From NCBI GenBank assembly GCA_045159875.1, contig CP067995.1, forward strand, positions 1,088,001-1,152,000: a stretch of 64,000 bases of DNA, in the 5' to 3' direction. The position numbers and the translations under genes were made by a program. Within the stretch, counting starts at the first letter, position 1; each line of letters begins with the position of its first letter. Shown here piece after piece: positions 23,666-35,574 of the stretch. This DNA comes from a cyanobacterium endosymbiont of Rhopalodia gibba (GTDB lineage: Bacteria > Cyanobacteriota > Cyanobacteriia > Cyanobacteriales > Microcystaceae). The notes under the pieces are model-generated. The model did no database searches. It was not told where the DNA came from and was given only the letters and a program-made list of their open reading frames with translations.

Positions 23666-25036
23666 ATGACTACCCAAACCCCCCCTCTAGTTTCCCTACA
23701 AGACCCAAAGGATGTTTCTATTGATGTCGTTGAAGCTGAACTAGCCAGTATCTGGCAGAGTTACGGCACCGATGGAGATAGGATGGCTGCCACTAGAGCA
23801 ACCACTTTTACCTTTGTGGTTTATGAACCTGAACCCACCCAACATTTGTTAGCTACCCTAGGCTTTTATACGGGTCCAGTAGATGGCATCGCTGGACCTA
23901 GGACCGTCGCCGCGATTAAATCAGCCCAGAAAGCTTATGAGATGAAGGTAACAGGGAAATCTGACCAGACCTTACTCGATAGGTTAGAAAAAGAACTAGG
24001 AAAAGCCAAAGCTGAAGGAAAATTAACCGATGTACAGCAACGGACTTCTCAACAGTATACTCCCGACTTGGAAGGGACAGGAATTGCCGATACCATCGCT
24101 TCGGCGAATCCTTGTCGAATCATCACCCTTTGTCCTACCGTTGGCGAAGATAACGGAGTCAAAGCTCAAGTTTCTGCTTATTGTCCAGTCAATAAAGGCA
24201 GTCAAAATACTTTAGTTTGTTGTGAGTATATTACCTTACACGGAACCGCAGAAGCCTTAGAGAGAATTGGAGGAGTTATCTCTAATTTGACCATTAGCGG
24301 GTTATCTACTTTTGTTTGGTGGAAAGCTGAACCTAATCCTGAATATGGCTTGTTCAAACGTCTAGTATCCCAAGGGGATACTCTGATTATCGACTCTAGT
24401 ATCTTTAGCGATCCTGAAGGAGATTTATCTCGCACTATTGAAATGTTAGCCGATGATGTTTCTCTAGCTGATTTAAACTGGGCGCGTTTGGGTCCATGGC
24501 AAGAGTTAACCGCTGCTGCATTTGATCCCCCCGAACGTCGTGATGCTGTCCAAGAAATTGATCGGGGAACTATTGATTATGAAAAAGGTAATCCAGCCCA
24601 AGCATTAATGTTCCTTGGATGGATGGCTAGTCGATTACAATGGAAACCTGTTGGTTATAAGCATGAAGGTGGAGAATACGATATTCGACGGATTGAATTT
24701 ATCAATGGTGAAAATAAATCCATTGAAGCAGAATTAGCAGGGGTTCCTTTAACAGACTGGGGTGAAGTTTTAGGGGACTTAATTAGTATTAAGTTGAGTT
24801 CAACTAATCTTGAAGCAGACTGTTGTACCGTCTTTTGTTCAGGAACTACTGGATGTATGCGGATGGAGGCTTCTGGCGGCGCGCAGGCTTGTCGTATTGA
24901 ACAAGTAACTTCCTTAGCAGATCAAAAAACTGATCGACTGTTGAGTAAGCAATTGCAACGGTGGGGTCAAGATATCCTTTACAAGGAAAGTATGGAAGTT
25001 GTAGATCAAATTCTTAAATTGGCGAGTCAATCTTAA
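23666..25036 (+). CDS. opcA: G6PDH assembly/allosteric effector OpcA
   Basis: directly after zwf; VDGIAGPRT, PCRIITLCP, VSAYCP, CCEYITL, DLNWARL. Confidence 0.97.
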   Translation: MTTQTPPLVSLQDPKDVSIDVVEAELASIWQSYGTDGDRMAATRATTFTFVVYEPEPTQHLLATLGFYTGPVDGIAGPRTVAAIKSAQKAYEMKVTGKSDQTLLDRLEKELGKAKAEGKLTDVQQRTSQQYTPDLEGTGIADTIASANPCRIITLCPTVGEDNGVKAQVSAYCPVNKGSQNTLVCCEYITLHGTAEALERIGGVISNLTISGLSTFVWWKAEPNPEYGLFKRLVSQGDTLIIDSSIFSDPEGDLSRTIEMLADDVSLADLNWARLGPWQELTAAAFDPPERRDAVQEIDRGTIDYEKGNPAQALMFLGWMASRLQWKPVGYKHEGGEYDIRRIEFINGENKSIEAELAGVPLTDWGEVLGDLISIKLSSTNLEADCCTVFCSGTTGCMRMEASGGAQACRIEQVTSLADQKTDRLLSKQLQRWGQDILYKESMEVVDQILKLASQS

Positions 25037-25060
25037 GGGTTAGTTTATTCTCAATGTTTG

Positions 25061-25101
25061 AGGGCAAGTTTAGAGGTAAAGTTATCTTTTAAAACTGCCC
25101 T
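25061..25101 (+). terminator. hairpin downstream of opcA
   Basis: AGGGCA...TGCCCT followed by TTTGTTT. Confidence 0.5.
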
Positions 25102-26074
25102 TTGTTTATGCTTATGATAAATTTTTGGACCCCTTCCCTTACAAGGGAAAACATTTAGCTGGTAATTTCTATTAAAATGGACATTTTGCTTTGGATAAAG
25201 CAAGTATCCAATAGTCAATCAACTATTTTGATACAGTTTTCTAATGATTAGACTACTATGCGTAGATAAGCCTAAACATCCTTTTGGCAACCTTATAAAC
25301 TTTTATTTGATGCCACTACTTTTCCAGTATATTTAGTTCTAGACTATAAGTTTATAAATAAAATGAATATAATTCTTTCTCTTCCCATTTTTTAAGTTTA
25401 GCTTGAACTAAACTAGTTTTTTGAGCTGAGTCATGCTCAAGGACAATTATTATCTCTATTTCTTTGTTTTTGAAGTATTTTTAGTTCTACCTGTCTATAT
25501 GTCTTATTGTTTTTAAAAAAATAATTAAAACTTTTATTTTATTTCTATATTCTGATTATATTTAGTTGTTTTCATTTTCTTACTCTGTGTAATTACTTTA
25601 TTCTTTTTCTTTCTCTATTTTAAAGAATCAAAAAAATATGAGTCATTAATCATTTTAAAGACTTATATTTTTTTGTAAGGATACATAGATACAGTAGAGT
25701 ACTGTTTCTTCTAATGAAATCTTTGCTCAATATGAGCTATATAATCTAATTCGATATATTAGAGAAATTAATCCCTGAATTTTAGCTAATGTTTGCCTAT
25801 GACAGTAGATATGCTATATAGACTATTTCCAGACTTTCGTTTCCATGTCCATGGACAGATTACAATCAAAAAATTTAAAATTCACTAAGATAGCCAGCAC
25901 AATTATAGAGGGAAAGAAAATACTATTTACACTGTAAATTTTTCTCGGCGACGGATTCAAAGGTTACGGGATGATATTTAGTCCATATCTGATTCTAATT
26001 ATCCTGAAAACTGATGGAGCACTAAATTTTGAGCACTAAACTAACGTATTACACACAATGACGTATCGTTAAAA

Positions 26075-26107
26075 ACGGTACATTTACATACTATGTAAAT
26101 ATACCGT
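26075..26107. repeat. near-perfect palindrome (16-bp arms, 1 mismatch, 1-nt spacer)
   Basis: ACGGTACATTTACATA-C-TATGTAAATATACCGT. Confidence 0.85.
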
Positions 26108-26412
26108 GTATGGTGGTTAACAATAAATTCCTGACTTGATAAGAATTTTAGAAGTTGTTTTGTTCTACTGCTACTGTGTTGTTCTTAATCTAGAAGAGCC
26201 ATAATTGCTTCTTTTAGAGATTATACTGAGTACAATCTTTCCCGGAAAGCATTAGACTCAAACGACCTAGACTTAGATTATTTTCGGGAGCAACTTATCT
26301 TAACTATCTAGCTAAACTAAAAGATTTTCTCTTCTCATGGATAGGAGTCAGTATGTTATGGTTAAGATGACATTATTATGACTGAGATGTATTACCTGCT
26401 AAGGAGAGACCT

Positions 26413-26724
26413 ATGTTACATCGCAAGATTTATCAAATCTGTACAGAGGGTCGTGAAGTCTGTCTTTTCTTGCGGGATCAACAGCGTTGGATTGAAGGGG
26501 CTACTATAGTCTCCCTAGAAGGAGACTTAGTCACAATTCGTTATGAAACCGAAGAAGATGATGAGATTAGCTCCTGGGAGGAAATGGTACGACTCGAGAG
26601 TATCGGTTCTCTGAGTCAAAAACTAGCGTCCGTCTCAAGATACAATTCTGAGCTCCTTATTGCTGATGAATGTCCTAGTGAGGAACAAATTCATCCCCAT
26701 TCTCCCGAATCAAATCAAGAATAA
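26413..26724 (+). CDS. DUF6679-family small conserved cyanobacterial protein
   Basis: MLHRKIYQ.C.EGREV..FLRDQQRWIE...SWEEMVRLESIG; SD AAGGAG. Confidence 0.8.
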   Translation: MLHRKIYQICTEGREVCLFLRDQQRWIEGATIVSLEGDLVTIRYETEEDDEISSWEEMVRLESIGSLSQKLASVSRYNSELLIADECPSEEQIHPHSPESNQE

Positions 26725-27655
26725 ATAAATCATTCCTAGGCTTTCGTGTACAGTGCAGATTTCTTTACATTGTTCATGAGATTGTCTGAATGATGGATTA
26801 TTATAGCGGGTTCTACATCTTAATCAAAAAAATCTATGTTGTACACCTGTGCGACTCATATGGAAAAAGTTCACTGTCGTCAATGACTTTAGTGACTTAT
26901 TGTTAGGTAAGTTTTTCGAAGAATCCAAATCTGATAAAAGCGATTACGTTACTCCTAGGCAGTCTTTAGTCAAAAGATTTCCAGTGTTGATCTATGGAGA
27001 TATCTCCCCGAATTAATCTCCAAGATTAGAAATTTTGAGTCTGGGGATTAGCTGCTCCTAAAATATTTAGTTGGTTGTATTTGATAAAACTTCCCTATCA
27101 GGGATATCCCAAGGACTTTTACTGTGTTACCTGTTGCTCTAAATTAGAAGTTGAGTATAAAGAAATTAAAGTCATTTGTTTTATAAAGTTAGTGGGACTG
27201 GCTCTGCAAGTAGCCTATCTTAGGCGACACTTTTATGAAGGATATGCGATCAATCTTCCCCTTGAAGATTTTTTAAAAGAGACTAAATTTTTAGTGTTTG
27301 AATTATTCGGAGAATCTCTACTTTCTAAGCATAATGAGTAAATGTGATAAATAGTTTTTTATTTATCTTCTTGAAAGAAAGTTAAATAAATTAATCGGTT
27401 ATAATTTCTGTCAAAAAATTAGCAAAAATTTTGGTAACGTAATAGCTATCTATAACGGGGAGATACTTGGGAGAAAGAACGTTATGTTAGCTATTTGTAC
27501 AGTTAAAAGTTGGTTGTGGCAATATAAATAATTGCCTAACACTAAATCATAAGTTCTATTATTGATAGTATTTTATGCGTTAACTTAAGTATCATAATTT
27601 TACTTCTCAATCACAATGTTTTTTTGACTAATATTTTTTATTTTTTATTATTTTT

Positions 27656-28144
27656 TTAGAGAAAAGTTATCTTAGATAAGACCTGTTTTATTATTTTCTC
27701 TGTAGTTGAACCAATATCGAGAATGATTGCATTGTCTGGTTCTTCTAGGTCTTTAAATTGAGACTTGAGCATCTGACTTTTCATAAAATGTTCTTTTCGT
27801 TTGTCAAGTCTTTCCAAAATTTGCTCAAAACTTCCTTTAAGATAAATCCAAACTAGATCTTGATGATTACCTTGCAATAATTCTCTGTAGGATTTCTTAA
27901 GAGATGAGCAAGCAATAACAGCATTTTTTTCATGTTGTTGTAGATTATTAATTAAGTGACTGAGAGATAGTAACCAGGGCTGGCGATCCTGATCGTTAAG
28001 AGGAATTTTATAACTCATTTTTTGGATATTTTCTGGGGGATGAAAATCATCTGCATCATAAAAATGATAATCTAAATGACAGCTGAGTTGTTTTCCTATA
28101 GTTGTTTTCCCCGAACCTGATACACCCATTATGATATAAATCAT
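27656..28144 (-). CDS. gntK: gluconokinase
   Basis: MGVSGSGKTT, DADDFHP..NI.KM...IPLNDQDRQPWL, ACSSLKKSYR, HFM...MLKSQF..LEEP. Confidence 0.95.
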   Translation of the reverse strand: MIYIIMGVSGSGKTTIGKQLSCHLDYHFYDADDFHPPENIQKMSYKIPLNDQDRQPWLLSLSHLINNLQQHEKNAVIACSSLKKSYRELLQGNHQDLVWIYLKGSFEQILERLDKRKEHFMKSQMLKSQFKDLEEPDNAIILDIGSTTEKIIKQVLSKITFL

Positions 28145-28859
28145 ATCATTTGTTTAATAAAGAAAGTTAACATATATTAGTCAAGCTATGATTTTAAATT
28201 TAAATGATTTTAATCTAAAAATTTACTGAGGTTAGTTTTTATATTCCTAGTATTTAACTGAATTTTTATCACGCTTTAATAATTATCCCTATTATCTTAT
28301 TCCATAACTTTATATCATTATTCTGGAGTTTACTAAATATTCTATGCTTGATTATTATAATTTGATTTTTTTTAAAAAAAATTAAGGCAAAACAAAATTA
28401 TGGATAATAAAATATTGATTAATTTAGAAAGATTTAATATCGAACTATTAATTATTTAGAAAAATGATATCCATTCAAGGATCTGTGCTTAAATCTTACT
28501 GTTTTATGACAAAAGAAAACCTACTGTAAAAATTACGTTAAAATAATATAGTAATTTAGAAAATGTGTTTAATCTAAATTAGATCTTTTTTTCTAAATCT
28601 TTTGTTAAAAGATTTAGAAAAGCTTTGTCTTGCCGAGCAATCACAGGAAGACCTGAAAGTAACCTTTAGGTATCTTTCTGTATGTCGATAAAGTAGTTGA
28701 ATATACGGTTAACCATCCTAATTGCCTTTTACACTTCATAGAGTTGTCTCCTTGCCAATTTTTTCTAGTGAAATGCTAAACTCTGACCGCAGTTAGTTAA
28801 AAATCTCTGAATTTCTTAAATTAATTTCCATTATTAACCATCTCTTCTAACTAAACTAC

Positions 28860-30134
28860 TTGCAGATGAAATCAACCTTACTTACTCCTAGTAACCATAA
28901 AACCTCGCAGACACAGTTAAGATCGCAGTTGACTCCGGGGGAAACTGACCGAACGAACACGGATTCTGAGAAGAACAGTTCAACAACTATCATCTCCAGT
29001 CATGGAAAGAAGAATCACGATGTACTCCCGGAAAAACTTGCTCACAAGTTACAACAGACTTTAGAACATCATCAAGGAGAATGTCAGATTGTTGTGATTC
29101 AGGATTTTCCTGATCCTGATGCTCTCTCAAGTGCCTGGGCTTATCAACTGATTGCCCAACCCTATGATATTAACTGTGATATCGTCTATGCGGGAACCCT
29201 ATCCCATCAGGAAAATATTGCCTTAGTTAAGTTAACTGGACTACCTGCTAAACGATGGAGTGTTAATACCCTTAAACAACGAGATCTTTCTATTTATCAA
29301 AGTTGCGTGTTAGTGGACAGTCAAGGGAATACCAGTCAACTGATGCCGTTGTTGAAACAAGCTGAAATTCCCATTGCTGTCGCTATTGACCATCATGGCA
29401 AACAAGGAGATATTAGAGCAGAATTTCTTGACTTGCGACCTCAAACTCGCGCTACCGCAACGATTATTACTCAATACCTGCAGGCAGGACTGTTAGACCT
29501 TGATAGCAGTGATAACGTTCATGTGAAGTGTGCAACTGCTTTGATGCATGGCATTCGTTCGGATACTAATAATTTACTCCAAGCTCAAGAACAAGACTTA
29601 TTAGCAGCAGCTTATTTATCTCGTATCTATGACTCCCAGTTACTCAATGCCGTGCTACAATCAGCGCGATCACGGCGAGTGATGGATGTGATCGAGCGGT
29701 CACTGAAAAATCGTTGGACTCAAAACAATGTTTCTATTGCTGGAGTAGGTTATTTACGTTATGAAGATCGAGATGCAATTCCCCAGGCTGCTGATTTTTT
29801 AGTCACAGAAGAAAATATTCATACTGCCGTGGTGTATGGCATTATCCACGATCAAGACAATGATATTGAAGTAGTCATCGGTTCTCTCAGAACCAATAAG
29901 CTTACCCTCGATCCTGATGAATTTCTGAAGGAAGCTTTGGGAAAAGATGGTCAAGGTAGATACTATGGAGGTGGAAGAGAAATGGCTGGTGGGTTTGAAA
30001 TTCCTGTTGGGTTTCTTGCGGGAAGCAACGACAACACTAATTACACTAAACTTAAATGGAAAGTTTTTGATGCCCAAATTAAGCAAAAACTTTTAAAGTT
30101 AGTAAATCCTGAAGATAAAGTGATTCATGCCTAA
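28860..30134 (+). CDS. DHH-family phosphoesterase (NrnA-like oligoribonuclease/PAP phosphatase)
   Basis: QDFPDPDALSS, VDSQG, IDHH, GIRSDT, YGGGR..AGG. Confidence 0.9.
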   Translation: MQMKSTLLTPSNHKTSQTQLRSQLTPGETDRTNTDSEKNSSTTIISSHGKKNHDVLPEKLAHKLQQTLEHHQGECQIVVIQDFPDPDALSSAWAYQLIAQPYDINCDIVYAGTLSHQENIALVKLTGLPAKRWSVNTLKQRDLSIYQSCVLVDSQGNTSQLMPLLKQAEIPIAVAIDHHGKQGDIRAEFLDLRPQTRATATIITQYLQAGLLDLDSSDNVHVKCATALMHGIRSDTNNLLQAQEQDLLAAAYLSRIYDSQLLNAVLQSARSRRVMDVIERSLKNRWTQNNVSIAGVGYLRYEDRDAIPQAADFLVTEENIHTAVVYGIIHDQDNDIEVVIGSLRTNKLTLDPDEFLKEALGKDGQGRYYGGGREMAGGFEIPVGFLAGSNDNTNYTKLKWKVFDAQIKQKLLKLVNPEDKVIHA

Positions 30135-30461
30135 CCCCTCATCGGGTGATCTAGAAGCTACGAGATGACCCCTTTGTCTTGGTCAGACTACCGCTCGCTG
30201 CTAGCCGGAAATAAACGAGCTTTGCCTCAATTATTTACCCATTTCTTATAATTATTTCAAAGTAATCCTAGCTCTAAAAATGATATAACTGGCCATAATC
30301 AAGAGTTCAGATTTTGTACACCTCTAGTGAATCTCATTAGCTATTTCTGAGGTATTCTATGGTAACTAACTCACTATCTATTATTTTATTGGTAAATTGA
30401 TCGCCAGAGTCTTTGCTTCTAAAAGCATAGACATATCTTTATTCTTCTCCACACATCAATT

Positions 30462-31382
30462 ATGACAGAAAAACCTCATCCAGTTTCCCGCAATAATCCT
30501 TATAAATCTAGAAAACCAACGATAAAAACAACAAAATCTTTATTGAGAACAAATATTCACCCTAAGGAGGAGCTAGAGAAAGATGATGAAGCTAATGATC
30601 TAGTTTATGGTCGCCATTCTGTTCTTGCGTCCTTAGAAAGTGGTCGCCAGTTAAATCGAATTTGGATCACGAACAAACTCCATTACGATACTCGTTTTCA
30701 TTCCTTACTCCAAATAGCGAAAGCTAAAGGAACAGTAATTGATGAAGTTAACATTCAGCGCTTAAATCAAATTACTCACGGGGGAAATCATCAAGGAGTA
30801 GCAGCTCAAATTTCTCCTTATAGTTATCAAGATCTAGATGAGTTGATTTCTCAAGCCAAATTTAGTACTACTGAACCAGTAATTGTTATTGCCGATGGCA
30901 TTGCTGATCCTCACAACCTAGGGGCAATCATCCGCACAGCTGAAGGGTTAGGAGCGCAGGGATTAGTTATACCCCAACGACGAGCAGCTGGAGTGACTTC
31001 TACTGTAACTAAAGTAGCCGCAGGGGCATTAGAATTCTTTCCTGTGGCTAGGGTTGTCAATCTCAGTCGAGCTTTAGAAACTTTAAAAGTAGCTGGTTTT
31101 TGGATTTATGGCACTACAGCTAAGGGAGGTAAACTATTACATAGTTTAGAACTTCGAGGCGCGATAGGATTGGTTATAGGCTCGGAGGAAAGTGGATTAA
31201 GTTTATTAACTCAACGCTTTTGCGATCAACTTATCTCCATTCCTTTAGAAGGAAAAACCCCAAATTTAAACGCTTCTGTAGCAGCAGCTATTACCCTTTA
31301 CGAGGTCTATCGTCAACGTTGGTCAGGTAAGCTTTATCTGGAGTCTGGACCAGACTCTAAAGTTACAAAAACTAAATTTTGA
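30462..31382 (+). CDS. rlmB: 23S rRNA (guanosine-2'-O)-methyltransferase, TrmH/SpoU family
   Basis: [40 protein letters not shown]. Confidence 0.93.
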   Translation: MTEKPHPVSRNNPYKSRKPTIKTTKSLLRTNIHPKEELEKDDEANDLVYGRHSVLASLESGRQLNRIWITNKLHYDTRFHSLLQIAKAKGTVIDEVNIQRLNQITHGGNHQGVAAQISPYSYQDLDELISQAKFSTTEPVIVIADGIADPHNLGAIIRTAEGLGAQGLVIPQRRAAGVTSTVTKVAAGALEFFPVARVVNLSRALETLKVAGFWIYGTTAKGGKLLHSLELRGAIGLVIGSEESGLSLLTQRFCDQLISIPLEGKTPNLNASVAAAITLYEVYRQRWSGKLYLESGPDSKVTKTKF

Positions 31383-31475
31383 CTCATAACTAACACACCA
31401 TAAGGAGTTAATCAAACGCTAAAAATTTTCTTAAAAAGAGAATGTTACAATAGCACTTCAAAAACAGTCTAAATT

Positions 31476-31778
31476 GTGATGAAGGGAATGAGGATAAAAC
31501 AACTTATGCTTAAAATGTTGAATTTTCTCGGACTAGCTTACTGGGTAGAAATTATTACAAAAACTCCCCAATGTACTTACTATTTTGGTCCGTTTTTCTG
31601 GAAAGAATCGGCACGAGCTAGTTGTGGAGGTTATCTCGAAGACTTGCAATCTGAAGGAGCTCAGGAAATTCAAGTTATTGTTAAACGGTGTAGGCCAAGT
31701 AACTTGACGATTTTTAACGAAAAGGAAAGTATACAACAATTTCAAGAGATGTCTCGTTTCAATCATCAGTCCTCCTAA
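31476..31778 (+). CDS. DUF1816-family protein (start probably downstream)
   Basis: WVEIIT..PQCTYYFGPF...GYLEDL..EGA..I...VKRCRP..LTI. Confidence 0.82.
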   Translation: MMKGMRIKQLMLKMLNFLGLAYWVEIITKTPQCTYYFGPFFWKESARASCGGYLEDLQSEGAQEIQVIVKRCRPSNLTIFNEKESIQQFQEMSRFNHQSS

Positions 31779-31819
31779 GTTGCTTTAATTACCTCCTCTA
31801 AAGTAAAGTCTCCTAATTT

Positions 31820-32467
31820 TTAGGGCTCTTGAGGGCTCATTGATTTTTTTAAGTGTTCAGTCAATCGCCTTAAAACTCCATTAATAAAACGATAACCATC
31901 ATCATCAGAATAACGCTTAGCCATTTCTACTGCTTCATTAATGGAGACTTTGCAAGGGATATTGAGAAAAATAATCTCTGCCGCTGCTATTCTTAGAATA
32001 TCTCGGTCAATTTTAGGCAAACGACTTAAATGCCAGTCTACAAGGACGGACTCAAGTTGCTCGTCGATCTCGAGTCGGCGGCGATAAACAGTCTCGAGCA
32101 ACTCCAATGTATACTCTCGCACCTCGTGTTGACTCGAGAGTTGAATCATTTCGGGTAGTTCAATTGCATAAACTAAGCGGTTAATAGCTCCTTGAGCTAG
32201 TTTAATGGCTTCGGACACCATTGCTTTTGCACTTTGAACATCAGCGGCTCGAGTTTCACTTTTTAGCAATTGTTCATGACTACGTGTTACCTCTGCTGCA
32301 GCGGTTTCTAAAATATCTTGTCCTTCAGTGGTTAAAGTGCGAATTGCCACTAAGACTAAATTACTCAACTCTTTTTGTTCAAGTTTTTCGGAACTTCCCT
32401 TAATTTGACTGAGACTCAACAGGGCCAATTCACGGGAGATTCTGCGAGGTTTCTGGTTAAAATGCAT
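31820..32467 (-). CDS. nusB: transcription antitermination factor NusB
   Basis: [41 protein letters not shown]. Confidence 0.96.
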   Translation of the reverse strand: MHFNQKPRRISRELALLSLSQIKGSSEKLEQKELSNLVLVAIRTLTTEGQDILETAAAEVTRSHEQLLKSETRAADVQSAKAMVSEAIKLAQGAINRLVYAIELPEMIQLSSQHEVREYTLELLETVYRRRLEIDEQLESVLVDWHLSRLPKIDRDILRIAAAEIIFLNIPCKVSINEAVEMAKRYSDDDGYRFINGVLRRLTEHLKKSMSPQEP

Positions 32468-32628
32468 AGTACGATGATATCAGAAGTCAAAAGTGGGAGA
32501 ACAAGAAAAATTCCAAAGTAGATTGTACTATTGCACTTACATCAATGGGCAATAGGCTCCTACTCAGGAATTTATAAGGTTATGACGAACTATGAACCAT
32601 TAACCGCATAGTTTATGATGCCCATTCA

Positions 32629-33369
32629 TTAGGTTTCGTCTTCCGTCGAAACGGTATGAGCAGGTTCTTGAATGATGGGGTTTTCTAATGAAACTAACTT
32701 TTGATCATGAGATTGAGATAAAGTAACTGAAACCGATGCTGTAGCGTGAGGGCTGACTATACCACCAGAAATCAGCACTTTAAAAGCATCTTCAATGGAA
32801 ATGGATAAGTTGACCACATCATTTTCAGAAACAATAGCATACCATCCAGACGTAGGGTTAGGAGTTGTCGGAATAAAAACACTAAGCATTGGCTCACTAA
32901 GATGGGATTGCAATTGAGCACTCAACGCTCCAGTGACAAAACCAAGACTCCATACCCCTTGACGAGGGTACTCGATCATAACGACGCGGCGAAACTTACT
33001 TTTAGAATCCTTAAATAGGGTTTCTAGAATTTGTTGAAGGGTTTTATAAACAGCTCCAGCCAAGGGAATTGATTGTAAAATTCGTTCTCCTACGTCCAAC
33101 AACCAACGGCCTGCAATATTGCGGGCCATTAAGCCAATAATCAAAATACACAGCAGAGGAACGGCTAATCCCACGAGCAAATTAAGACAGTAGCTCAAAA
33201 TTGGATCAAGTCCGTCAAAAGGATTAAGCTGCTTAGGAATTTGCGTCAGCAAATTAACTACCCAGCTAGCAATAGTAGTAGTTAGCCAAATGGTTGTTGC
33301 TAGAGGAATCACCACTAACAAACCGGCAATTAGATCATTTTTTATATCCTGCTTGAAGCGTTGAAGCAC
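32629..33369 (-). CDS. DUF502 membrane protein
   Basis: AGLLVVIPL, FRRVVMIEYPR, VFIPTTPNPTSG. Confidence 0.92.
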   Translation of the reverse strand: MLQRFKQDIKNDLIAGLLVVIPLATTIWLTTTIASWVVNLLTQIPKQLNPFDGLDPILSYCLNLLVGLAVPLLCILIIGLMARNIAGRWLLDVGERILQSIPLAGAVYKTLQQILETLFKDSKSKFRRVVMIEYPRQGVWSLGFVTGALSAQLQSHLSEPMLSVFIPTTPNPTSGWYAIVSENDVVNLSISIEDAFKVLISGGIVSPHATASVSVTLSQSHDQKLVSLENPIIQEPAHTVSTEDET

Positions 33370-33569
33370 GTCTGCAAATTCTTCAATAAGAAGGTAATCA
33401 ATCCCACTTATCGTACCATAGTTTGTTCAGAGTTTAGGGGACATCAATCTAACCAATCGTGCTGAGTCTAGTCATCGTAGTCCTTTTAGGAATTGCCAAA
33501 AAAATATTTGAGTCGGAATGGCAAAAATATTATTAGAAATTTAGCTATGATAGGTTTTCTTCTTAAAAT

Positions 33570-34367
33570 TTAAGAAGTTTTTTTCCCCATCACAACTTTC
33601 AATCCAATCCAGCCAACAGTACTATAAACAATGGCTAACATCAAACTACTTAACCCGATACGTAAACTTTGCTGAAGAGCTTGAGTTTTGGCTTTATTTT
33701 CGGCCTGTCTGCGTCGATCAACTAACTGCTCTTCTAACTGTTCAGTCAACTCGTCAATGCGATTTTTGTATTCTGTTGGATTTTTGGATAAATCCTCTAA
33801 TTGTTTGAGTTGGGTACGTTGTTGTTGTAATTGTTCTAGCTGTTGGGCATTGATGGATTGTCCTTGAACTTGTCCTGACTCAACTACTTGATTTAACTGT
33901 TGAATCTGTTGGCTAAGACGTTGGGGATTTTTAGATAGTTGATCTATTTGACTTAAAAAGGCTTGAATTTGCTCAGCTCCCTGTCCAGCTCCTTGCTCAA
34001 TTTGATTAAGGGCATTAACTTTGGCTTGGTTAAGATTATTCAAATGAAGTGGAACAATTAACAAAAACATAAGCCCCATGATGGTGGACAGGACATAAAT
34101 AGGGACTCGTAGATCGAATTCAGAGGATTTATGAGGATTAGCATCGTTTAAGTTTTCGATAAAATATCCTACCAAAATCAACCCTATCCCCACTAAGGGA
34201 ACGATTCCACGATCAACAATACTTGTAAACAATCCAATTTGCCATTGAGAACTTTGCAAGTTTAAAGGAATAGCTAGGGTAATATAGTCCAACAAGGAAG
34301 ACAGGAGCAAAACCACTCCGATGAGTTTAAGCGAAAGAGAGGTAAAGGTACGGTTATTCATCGTCAT
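33570..34367 (-). CDS. HpsJ-family membrane protein
   Basis: TM segments with IVDRGIVPLVG and a Q-rich coiled-coil loop. Confidence 0.75.
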   Translation of the reverse strand: MTMNNRTFTSLSLKLIGVVLLLSSLLDYITLAIPLNLQSSQWQIGLFTSIVDRGIVPLVGIGLILVGYFIENLNDANPHKSSEFDLRVPIYVLSTIMGLMFLLIVPLHLNNLNQAKVNALNQIEQGAGQGAEQIQAFLSQIDQLSKNPQRLSQQIQQLNQVVESGQVQGQSINAQQLEQLQQQRTQLKQLEDLSKNPTEYKNRIDELTEQLEEQLVDRRRQAENKAKTQALQQSLRIGLSSLMLAIVYSTVGWIGLKVVMGKKTS

Positions 34368-34851
34368 TTTATCTGTTTGGCTATTGATTTATTTCAGTGG
34401 GGATTTATAAAAGAGGTTAAGCCATATCTGACAATAATAAAGTTCACCATCATTAAGAGGTAATTTAAACACTGAAAATAGCTACGGGATTATACTCCTT
34501 TTTGTAAACTCTATTCCCCAACAATGGATGTTTTTGGGGAATAGACAAGTAAACCATTCTCCTAACCACCCTGTTAAAACATCAGGTATAAATTTGTCAG
34601 GATAACAATCACTGTCAATATGATAGTATTTTTAGTGGTCCAATTGGTTTGTGCCAAAACAGCTAATAACTGAGAACAGCTTTAAAATTTGAAGAAATTT
34701 ATTCTTCTCAGTTATTTTAGGTTGACACTGCGTCTTGGTGAAATCCCATCAAAAAATTATAGATTCGGTGTCTCCTTCTACCTTCTATCTAAAAGCCTTG
34801 CTGAGAAAAAGTCTACATAGGTCATGGTTGAACACGATTTAATTAAAAGCA

Positions 34852-35574
34852 ATGAAAAAATTGATTGAAGTCTTACCAAATAAAACTGCTCTCATTGAGC
34901 GAGCGCTGTCTCTGACGGTAGAAAAAATAACCAGTGCCATTCAAAACAAAGACAAATGTAGCCTCGCTCTATCTGGGGGCAGCACTCCTAAACCATTGTA
35001 TGAAGCCTTAGCTAAGCAATCTTTACCCTGGGACAAAATACATATTTTCTGGGGAGACGAACGTTATGTGAGTTGTGATCATTCAGACAGTAATCAACGG
35101 ATGGCACGTCAAACTTGGCTCAATCTAGTCCCTATTCCAGCAGAAAATATCCATCCCATGCCCACAGAGTCGGGTGATCCCTTCGTTGATGCCCAAACCC
35201 ACGAAACTGAATTAAGAGAGTTTTTTCGGGTTGTCCCAGGAGAGTTTCCCGCTTTAGATGTTGTATTACTTGGTATGGGGGATGATGGTCATACGGCTTC
35301 CTTGTTTCCTCAAACAGCGGCCCTCGATGTTCGTGAGCGCTTAATTACTGTGGGTAACAAAGATGGACAACCTCGCCTAACTTTTACTATCCCTTTGATT
35401 AACAAAGCTCATTGTGTGATTTTTATTGTGTCTGGCGAGAATAAACGTCCGGCTTTAGCTCAGATTATGGCTCCTGAAGCCGATGAAAAGACTTATCCCT
35501 CCCGTTTTATTAAACCCCAAGGCGAACTCTGGTGGTTACTCGATCAGGCAGCCGGGGCTGAACTCAAAAGTTAA
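34852..35574 (+). CDS. pgl: 6-phosphogluconolactonase
   Basis: ALSGGSTP, FWGDERYV, DSNQRM, LLGMGDDGHTASLFP. Confidence 0.97.
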   Translation: MKKLIEVLPNKTALIERALSLTVEKITSAIQNKDKCSLALSGGSTPKPLYEALAKQSLPWDKIHIFWGDERYVSCDHSDSNQRMARQTWLNLVPIPAENIHPMPTESGDPFVDAQTHETELREFFRVVPGEFPALDVVLLGMGDDGHTASLFPQTAALDVRERLITVGNKDGQPRLTFTIPLINKAHCVIFIVSGENKRPALAQIMAPEADEKTYPSRFIKPQGELWWLLDQAAGAELKS

